The notes under the pieces were generated by a model, which saw only the letters and a program-made list of their open reading frames with translations, did not search any database and was not told the DNA's origin. The translations under genes were made by a program, and so were the position numbers. DNA of 64,000 bases from the NCBI GenBank assembly GCA_046563655.1, contig CM102288.1, forward strand, positions 1,178,001 through 1,242,000, written 5' to 3'. Shown one piece after another: positions 26,199 to 36,200 of this stretch. Within the stretch, counting starts at the first letter, position 1. Each line of letters opens with the position of its first letter. The DNA is from Yuukianura sp. NJ FZ-2021 (lineage: Eukaryota).

Positions 26199-29100
26199 TT
26201 ACAGTTTATGATAAAGAATAGTTGAGCAGAAATTGTTAGAATTGTCACTCTGGCGAGCCAGAATTGCCAAATTCTCTCCAACTACCATATTTTTAGCTGC
26301 TTTTGTGTTAACATTATACATGTACACTTCCGTATTGCCCAGTAGCTCGATCATGTTATCCTGACAATCCTCTGTGTTCAAACACGTTTGATCATAGTTG
26401 TTGAAAAAGTTGTACAGACCAGCTCCATAAATATACACATTTCGAGATTCGGAAATTCGCAAAGCATAGGATAAATTGCAAGTGTAGGAATCTGCTGGGC
26501 AGTGGGAATAATCCGAATCGGAGTAAACCGGATTAGCTGTAAACGGTAACGGCGCCTTTGGACCGGGTTGCCAGTACGGTGTTCTGCAAATTCAATTTAA
26601 GCAAAAATGTAAAAAATTTCAAATTTTCAATTTTTTAAAAACTTACTCCGACTGGATCATCGTCATAAAAATGTTGCTCGCTCTCGAAATTTGGTACTGT
26701 GAGAATACATTATGTTCCGATTGCGTTCCATAGAACCAAACCGGTCCTTCCGTAGATTCAACCAAAAGACCACGCCCAGTATAAATTGAAATTTGTCTTT
26801 GAGCTACACCATCGTCCAAGTCATGGTCAGCCGTCCATGCCCACACGTTTTCAAAATATCCAGAACCAGATTCCGTTACATGGAGCAACATAAATGCTGA
26901 TTCACAGTCAGGGTCAAACTGTTGACCTTTCGGACACTGTTCAAATTGGAATTGAGATCCCCGGAACCCGCCCACTCTGAAATGGGAATCCCAAATCCCG
27001 GCGCTACCCGCCTCGTTTCCTCGGATGTTCCATTCAACCAAAATGGCGCCCGGTTGTGCCCCGAGGGTTGAAAACATCACGTCCGTAATTTCAACCAATC
27101 CGGTTTCACCTGGAAGTCCAACTTGCAACATCGGTTGTGGATTGTTGGCGTCTTTAAAGTAAGAATTCCCGCCCGCCATAATAAGGGACCACAATTCTCC
27201 AATAATTCTCGTGTTTGGTGGAATTCTTACTGTTGAGTAAAGAACGTAGGCACCGTGCGGTAAGTAAATGACTTTTCCAACGTTTGCGTTGATCACTGCT
27301 TGTAAAGCCGCAGAGTCATCAGTGACCCCGTCTCCTCTTACCCCAAAATCTAAGAAAAAATCCAATTTTGACAATTTTTCACGTTTGAAAAAGAAACTTT
27401 GAAATTTTCAAATTTTTACAACTTTCATACCTCGGACGTTGATCATGGCTCCCGCTGAGATGTCGCCATACTGCTGTCGTGACTTTTCGAAAAATTGGCC
27501 TTGACTATTAAGAAGTGATGGAGATTTGGTTGGTGGTGGCAAATTTCCTTGGACGAACGTCCCAGTACCGGATTGGTCATCGTAAAAACTGCCTCTGCCC
27601 CAAGATGTAATGGCAAAAGTACCTCCGGGAAGAACTGAAATCATGTCGACATCAACGATAACCTCTCCGACGCGCTCAATTTGAACGTTGTCCAATAGGA
27701 GTGTTGCTGAAGTGTCGGGTGTGGCTGGAGCAGGGTTGGCGTGTGTTTTGATTCCAAACGTAGTGTCGATGATCTTGGAGTCCATAAGCAGAACACTGCC
27801 AATGGCTGATGCTTTATTTGGATCTGGTTGCGACATGTCAATTCCAACGTCACAGTTTCTAATTTCAAGGTTCTTGAACGACCATTGCCAATTCTAAAAA
27901 AGGAGAGATTTTTAATAGAATTTGGTTCAAATCCATCCAGTAGTTTTAACAAAAGTTTTTCAAAATTTAAGAGTTTAAACAGTTTAAATACAGGAAACAT
28001 AGAGTTTAAACGAGGTAGAAGTACGAACTCACCCTCTCTTTCAAACAATTTAGAACAGTTTTGAAAAATAAATCGTCTAAAACTTAAACCTTTCGTGTTG
28101 AAAAGTTTCTATAGGCTCACAATTTGCAATTCTTCTGTCAAAAAAGTACACAAAGATAAAAATTTTACCCAAGCCAAGAAAATGGCTGTCGTACATCCGT
28201 CGAATTTGAGATTTCTGGATAAAAACTGAAAAAACATAAAAAATTTAACGAATTAATGAATTTTTAACATAAATGTTGATTTTTTTTAACATCAAAATTA
28301 TTTCATTTGTCTATCAGAAGTGAAATTCACGTACCTGTTGATTTCCCACCCACATTCCAAATCTGCCTCCTTCAAAGGTCAGGTCAGACATGAATCCGCC
28401 AGATCCATTTTCCATCCAGATTCCTTGATGGTTAGATTGTGGAGTCATGATGAATCGGAGATTGACCAATGATGTAGCTTGAGCCACTTGCCAATGAACT
28501 CCAGTAGTTGTAGCCGTGGATGGAGTTCGGGTCAAGTCAAACACGAAGTTCCGAACTTGACGAAAGAAGTTGTTTTGATTGATGTACCAATTCTGACCGT
28601 TGCCTAAATTTCAATAGACAAAAATACTTTTCAGTTTCCAGAATTCGTATTTTAAAAATACGGACATTTTGTAAGCAGGAATTGCCGACAAATTCTTAAC
28701 AAACATGGTCAGTTTTCAGCGAAGAAATTGTTTTTTCTTTCTAAATTTTTGCGAAATTTTTTAGATAAGACGCGTCTTATACGCGAGAAATTAGGGTACT
28801 AGAATTTGAGTGACAATTTATGCTTACTGTTGTAAGGATTTGAGTCCACGACGGCCATTCCGGCAAAGTTCGGAGCAGCAAGTAATACTGGTGGATCATT
28901 GACATTTCCTACAAGTTGTGTGAAATAGTACATGATAATTGGAGAAGAAATTAAGTATGTTCCGGAAGGAACGTAGACTAATGCTGGAAGAATAGTGGAT
29001 GATCCGCAGTTGTCACCACATCGACCACCAGATGAAATTGCTATGTTGAAACACGCTGTGTCATCAGTTATGCCATCTCCAACACATCCGAAGTCCTTCA

Positions 29101-29342
29101 CGTTACGATAGACGCTGTAACCGGAAGGATTCGGATGGAACACGGATTCTCCGTGCTCAACCGTAGCAATCCACATTTCAGCATTGTCAATCTACAAATT
29201 AATTTTGAAGTTACTTTACTTTCAAGTTGAAGCAAAACTTAATTTAAGCTTTAACAAAATTATTTTCACTTACGGTTTTTGAATCTGTGGATTTATGAAG
29301 AACAGCTAAGCCCAGAAGAACAAACAGTACCTGTCGCAGCAT
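26199..29342 (-). CDS. Secreted glycoside hydrolase family 55 exo-beta-1,3-glucanase (laminarinase), fungal-type (7 exons, 769 aa)
   Basis: Exons 29342-29274, 29191-28828, 28603-28335, 28225-28169, 27893-27431, 27349-26647 and 26583-26199 sum to 2310 nt in frame. Signal peptide MLRQVLFVLLGLAVLH. Two beta-helix starts (RNVKDFGCVGDGITDDT; DFGVRGDGVTDDSAALQ). Motifs QNNFFRQVRNF, HWQVAQATSL, ENGSGGFMSDL, WAWTADHDLD, SEHN and IQSETPYWQP (catalytic Glu motif of GH55). Confidence 0.95.
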
Positions 29343-30218
29343 TTTAGCAGTTAACTAATGTTAAAAGTAGCTCAAATGCAATACAGTTTCAGCTTTTGAA
29401 ACTAATTTAAGTAGTCATTTTCAAAATTTTATCGTAAATTGGTTTAATCATTTTGTTTTGACAAAAATGATTGATTGGCAAATTTTGGCCAACGACATTA
29501 CAAGTAGACAATGCAACATCATCGTAGTTGCTATGCTAAATCCTACTTAAACCACTTGTCATGAGTGTTTTTGGAAATAATATTCATCAAGATTGAAAAG
29601 ACAAATGTAATCTCGTATACAAAGATTGGGTTTGCAGCATCTATTTTTGAGTTTCAGAGAAAATAGAATCATAATCACAAAAAACTGAATTCTTTCCTAA
29701 TCAAGTATCGGTTCAGAGGTCACAACTTAAGCACTTTCATTGTTGAAGTGTGAGTGATATGCACGTGGAGTAACAAAGCCGACTATAATTTTCATGATTT
29801 TCAGTTTTTTGAAAAAGTGTTAGACAGACTGACAAAGTCGTGTGAATAGTCTTCTTCAGCATTTTTTTTTCAAGATTTTATTTGTTTAGATTTTCTTTCA
29901 TAATTTTGGGTTTACAGGTACAAAGTGAAATAACATTTGATATTTTTAAATGAATAATTTACTCTCTTTAGATATACATTTAATTAGAACTATATTTATA
30001 TTTAATACATTTTAATTAGTTTTAGCTTACTTTAGTCACTGATGAGTAATTGATAGTTGTTGAGACATGGTCTTTAGAGATTTTTTTCTTGGTAAATATT
30101 TTTTCTTTTCCAAAATTGATGGAAATTTCTAAGCTTCCTTTTGTTCCTCTGCAGAGATATGCAATAGGCAATTGATTTTTAGTTTTAAGTTAACTTTTTA
30201 ATTAAATTAACATTGTTT

Positions 30219-33200
30219 TTAGGCTTTAGATTCTCCATTGTCTGGAGGAGAACTGACTCTTTTTGGTGTACTCCGTTTAGCCGTTGAGGTCAGGAGGCCA
30301 GTGACCTTTGGTGACTTTTTAAACACGAACGATGAGAATCTGGGGAGTATTAAGCGTTTCATTGGTGATTTCCCTTCTTCATTTGATATCATGCTTTCAA
30401 GGCTTCCAGCACATACAAGGTCACCTCTCCCCCCGCAAGTATTGTCACCCCCACCCACTGTTGCCGATGCTTCGGAACTGCGACGACGCCGTGAGCCTGT
30501 TGCTGGTTTAGGGGGCACAAGGGGTGGTGACCTTGGACTTCCGGTGATCAGCGGAACTTGACCTTTGTCAGGAGTTTGGCTTTTACGAAAATAGGAGAAC
30601 GCATGGGTAGACTTTAGTTTTGGAGAATGTGTTAGCGTGGAGTTACTTGGCAAAGATTCCGAAGAAGTCACCACCCCAGCGGCTTCATCTTTCTCGGATT
30701 TTGGCATTCCGAGTTTTTCAGTAAAAAGTTTGAAGCGTCGAAAAAAACTTTCTTTTGATTTCGGTTTGAGCGGAGTTTCTCCAGTTTTTGCCGCCAATTC
30801 TCCCGTAGTCAATGAATTCAGCTTGTTCGAACTCTCTTCCTGGACAATTTGAACTTGGATTCCAGAATGGTCTGAAGTATCATTCTCTCTGCTGCCCTTT
30901 CGACTCACTGCAGTCAGTTCCATTGAACTTTCGGTGGCAATTTTGAATTTGAGTGCTTTTTCACTGACACTGACCTCTGTCATGACCTCTCCTTCCAGGT
31001 CAGAGTCATGGTCAGATTGACATGAGTCTATTGAGGGGAAGGACGAGAGGTGCGGAATTGAGGGGCGGGGTGGTGGGAGAGAAGCGGAAGAGTCACGATG
31101 TGGATTTGGCAACGTCGATGAGGGGCGGCTGACTTCTGTGGAGGTGGAAAATGAATTGTCGCGTGTTCGTCTCCCACCCCCTCCGCCCCACCCAGCATCG
31201 GACGGCAAATGATCACAAAGACTGTTTGGGTGGGACGATGACACGGTGGAGACGCGGTGACCCTGCGCATCCGTACTTCTGCGTTTTAGCATCTGCGCAG
31301 CCTCGTTGAGTCGACGGTAGTAGTCTAGGGCGTAGCGTACTGGGGCGATTATGACGGGCTGAAAAATATCAAAGGTCAAAAGTCAATTTAACCTAAATTT
31401 TATTATTTTATTATTTTAACCTAAATGGTTACTTCTAGTTCAGTAAAAAGTGACGCAAGAGCTTCAAATAGTGGAAGTAAGACGAGTCCAATGAAGGAGC
31501 ATTGTGAGGATGGCTTAGTAATTTTGTCACGGTCCATAAATGGCGTCACTGGAAGCCCCTCCAGTTTTTCAGTATCACTTTGTTGAAAAAATTCCTGGGA
31601 AAAGAAATTCAAAATTTTTTTTAAAATTCAAAACCTTTGTGTACTCAAGAGGATACTACATCAACTTCACGCATCTTTAGACTCCGAAAACGTCATTAGA
31701 AAATAGTCAAGAAGAAATTTTAGACATTTCTGAGACAGCTAGATTTCATCAAACAGAAATTTTAGGCATTCCTCAGACTTAACTAGATTTCATCAAGCAG
31801 AAATTTTAGATATTCCTGAGACTTAGCTCATCTAATCCCATCCTAACCTAATCTAATCTAACGAATGGAATCCTAGCCTAAATTATGTAAGGATTCGAAT
31901 CCTATCCTAGCCTAACCTAATCTAAGGATTCCAATCCTATCCTAACCTAACCTAATCTAAGTATTCCAATCCTATCCTAACCTAATCTAATCTAAGGATT
32001 TGTATCCTATCCTAACCTAAAAATAAAAAATTTTACATTCAAGGGACTTAGCAAGGTCTGGTTTTCAGTAAAAAAAAATTTTTATATTCCAACATATTCT
32101 TCGAGTATTTTACTCGAGAAATTTGTTCCAGGATATTCCTCGAGCATTTTGCTCGAGAAATTTGTTCCAGGATATTCCTCGAGCATTTTGCTCGAGAAAT
32201 TTGTTCCAGGATATTCCTCGAGCATTTTGCTCGAGAAATTTGTTCCAGGATATTCCTCGAGCATTTTGCTCGAGAAATTTGTTCCAGGATATTCCTCGAG
32301 CATTTTGCTCGAGAAATTTGTTCCAGGATATTCCTCGAGCATTTTGCTCGAGAAATTTGTTCCAGGATATTCCTCGAGCATTTTGCTCGAGAAATTTGTT
32401 CCAGTATATTCCTGAGACTTAGCTACATAGATTGCATCAAGAAGAAATTTTAGGTATTCCTGAGACTTAGCTCATCTAATCCCATCCTAACCTAATCTAA
32501 TCTAACGAATGGAATCCTAGCCTAAATTATGTAAGGATTCGAATCCTATCCTAGCCTAACCTAATCTAAGGATCCCAATCCTATCCTAACCTAACCTAAT
32601 CTAAGCATTCCAATCCTATCCTAACCTAATCCAATGTAAGGATTTGTATCCTATCCTAACCTAAAAATATAGTCTGGTTTTCAGTAAAAAAAAAATTATA
32701 TTCCAACATATTCCTCGAGCATTTTGCTCGAAAAATTTATTCCAGATTAATCCTCGAGTATTCATCAGCTAGATTTCAGCTAGATTTCATCAACTAAATT
32801 GGTACTCAGGAGGTTAAAATTTTCAAAAATTTTTGATTATGTAATTGGTCCAATTTCCACTTACTGTGAGAAGACAGTCCAACCAAGGTTCTGCTACGTT
32901 CATTGGCCTCGCTTCATTTGAAATATCCGCCACTTTGATTAGAACCATGCACAACTAGAAAAGAAAGAAAAGAAACTAAAGGTCAAAGGTCACAGTCAAA
33001 AGAAAAATGTCAAAGGTAATGCGTTCCTATTGACATTTCCATTGACAACTCTTATTTAGCCTAAGTACTCACTAGATTCACATGGCTTTTGTTGGATGGT
33101 TCAAAGGAGTGAATAATTTCTCGGAAGGAAGAAAGGATTTCATTATGTCTTGCCATGTCCGTTGCTAGGATACACCGAATCATTCCTTCTCTCACTGTAC

Positions 33201-36200
33201 GCCATGTTTCAGGAGCAAGATTTTGAAAAATATTGGAAGCAGGATCCGCCAAAATTCGAAAAGCAGTTGAACAGTGATGATTCTCCAAAGGAGAAATGTC
33301 GTTATAACGAACAGCCAACTCCGTTTGGGCATTGATCTGAAAACAGAGTAAAGAAAGTTCAAAATTTGGCTAAAACTAATCAATCACAAATTCTGACACT
33401 AGTGGTTCGATTCTTTTCAAATTTCAGAAAGTTAAAGTTTCGAAAAGTTTTATCTCGTTTCTTAAAATTTGCAGAACAAGTTACCCTGCTGCTTGAAACT
33501 TAATCACTTTTCCTCTTGGGGCCAAATTTATATAAGATCTTAAGATGTTATCTTTCGTTTTTTCTGTTTTTCTGAAACTGTTTACTTTAGTGGATGTTTT
33601 AGTAAAGTGGATCGATAGGAGGAGGGCGTTTGTTCATTGGATTAATGGAGACACTTTTTGATGAAACGGAATTGACTTAATGTGTTCCTGTGGAGGGAGT
33701 AACTATACTTGACTTCCTGCTGATGTTGACATACTTGGTAAATGTTGTTGTAGCCTGGATGGTCCAAGTCATGGCACACACAAGAGGTCAGCAGTATCAG
33801 GATCTCCAGGTCACCAATCCGCTCGCCCAATTTCACTTTCGATACGATCCCAAACATCTACAAAAGTGAAAAAAACATCCAAAGTGAAAGCTTTCTCTCA
33901 AATTTTGGAAAGAAAAAATCCAAAGGGAAAGCTTTCTCTCAAATTTTTGAAAAAAAAATCCAAAGTGAAAGCTTTCTCTCAAATTTAGAAAAAATCCAAA
34001 GTGAAAGCTTTCTCTCAAATTTAGAAAAAATCCAAAGTGAAAGCTTTCTCTCAAATTTAAAAAAGAATCCAAAGGGAAAGCTTTCTCTCAAATTTTTGCA
34101 ACTCTTTAACATTACCATTTGCGTTACACAGAAGGAGTGTCGGAAGTTATGGAATGGAACGTCATTGTAATGTCTGTAAATACTCATAAGGAAGTTCTGG
34201 AGCACTCCAATCTCAATATGGAATTTATTTATTAGGTCCAGTTTGTTGTACATCGTTTGAATGAGGAGCAGCAATTCATCATCTTCCCACTGCCAGTTGT
34301 CAAAAGTAGACTCCTTAAGAAGACTTATTGTTTCCTCACTTAGAATCACATTACTAAAAGAATTACAAAGTAAAAGATTTAGTTGAGGTTATAAATTTCA
34401 ATGAGAGATTTGCTAATTTGAAGATGTTGGTGAAAGTGTAATCATTCTCTTAAAGATTCCTGACCTGACTTTGAGGAACTTGTTGCAGACGATATCCTTT
34501 ACTTCGGCACTACCCGCCCGGTAAATGGCTGTCTGCCTTGAACTCTCTTTTGGAAGCGGTAGAGGATGTAATCCTTTGTAAAACCCTACAAATTTCATTA
34601 AAATCACAACCATGACAAGATGAGCTTCTTCTTCGATTAAAATACCGTAAAACTTCAACAAAGAGTCCCGGGGATTTATGAGGAAGAAAAACCCAGGAAC
34701 TTTTAGACTAAGCAAGGTTTTCAAATCGGGTTCCATTTTCACCGGAAGTTGATTTTTAGAACTTGATTTAAAATTCGCTGAACTATTTTGTTTAAATTGT
34801 AGCATCATTGACGAATTCAGGTTAAAGATTACAGAGTCCAGTCCTGGATTTGAATTAAAACTGGCTAATGAAAGCAAGCTTTGAAATCAACTTCCGGTGA
34901 AAGTTGAACCCTATCTAAAAAGTTCTCTGTACTAAATTTGAATTTGAAATTCAGAAACTTGAGTTTCAGGAGCTTTCTCCTGAGAGAATTTCAAAAATTG
35001 TCATAAGCGCCAGGTAATTCACTTGAAGTTTTACGGTATTTGTTCCACTGGAATCAAAAATTGGTTTCGTTTTACCTAACCAGCTAAGATGTTCCAATTC
35101 TTCTAATTTGATCCTAAGCGCTCCTAGAGTCTCCTTAAGTTCTCTGATGCTTTCGGAAGAGGATTTTTGGCCTTTGAGTCTCCCTTCTAATGAATGCAAA
35201 CTGCAAATTTTGAAACAAAATGAAAAATTCTAAGCAAAATTTCGGATTTTCCAAATCTCAAGTGAAATTTCACATTTTCGAAATTTGAGTAATTCTCATA
35301 GTAAATTCTCCTCTATGCTTCAAAAATTGAATTTTTTGGTATTCTCCTCCCACTCTTCTTGTCTCTTTCTGAAATTTGGTTTTAAAAAGTTAGAATTTAA
35401 ATCCTTGGGAAAGTGTTAGACATGGACTAAGGGTTTTTGGTGGCTTTGGGTTTGTGGTGGTGAAAATCTGATTGTAAGAGGCGGCGAGACATCAGTGTAA
35501 CTAATCCCTTTTAACAACGCTTCCAGACTAGCCCAAAATCACAAAATGGAATAAGAAGGACGAAAAAAGAAAGCAAAATGGAGAAAGGCAAGGCCGTGCA
35601 TTCTGAAGACAAGATCAAAGCCTTTCTCTTCTTACTTTTTCTCCAGCAAGGAAACTCTTTTTTAAAAAGAAAAAGAGAAAGCTTGGTTCTCGTTGTGAAG
35701 TGGCGCTGATTCTGACGTGAGTCGAAAAGCCTTTTCGTCTGCGTTTGTACTCCGATGTATACTCATAGTTATAACATAGTCATACTATATACTAGTGTAT
35801 GCTTAGTGTAGTTAGTTACTCCCTCCAAAATTAATTATTGAAGAGAAGATGGTTTTACATTGGGGAAAGCTCGTATTTTGGGTGAAAATTTTCTGACTTT
35901 CGTCTGACGCGCGCAGCAAGCTCAGCAGTTTTATCCTTCCGCTGGGCTTGGCTCATGGCGAAATCTGTGTGTTGATGAACTGAAGGATTTAAAAAAAAAT
36001 ATTTTAATGAGGTCTGGAATTCCAAATTCAGAACTTTTCATTATACTATACCGAAAAAGCCGAATTTTCCAAAAACTTGAGTTGTAGTTAGTTACTACAT
36101 GTTAGTTGTAACTCTTACTTTAGGTTTAGGTTTCAGCCTAACTCGTTCTCTTTCTCTCTCTGCTGGAATTCTAACTTAGGAGGGAGTAACTAGGACAGCA

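Noticed and set aside
32082..32422. ORFs of 88-99 aa ([13 protein letters not shown] repeats etc.) and CRISPR-like appearance
   Set aside because: These are translations of a 39-bp minisatellite in a PDE9 intron. The units are contiguous with no unique spacers, there are no cas genes, and the context is eukaryotic.
33878..34096. Repeat-spacer pattern resembling a CRISPR array
   Set aside because: The spacers are only 8-13-nt A-runs rather than unique 25-45-nt sequences, and the array is intronic.
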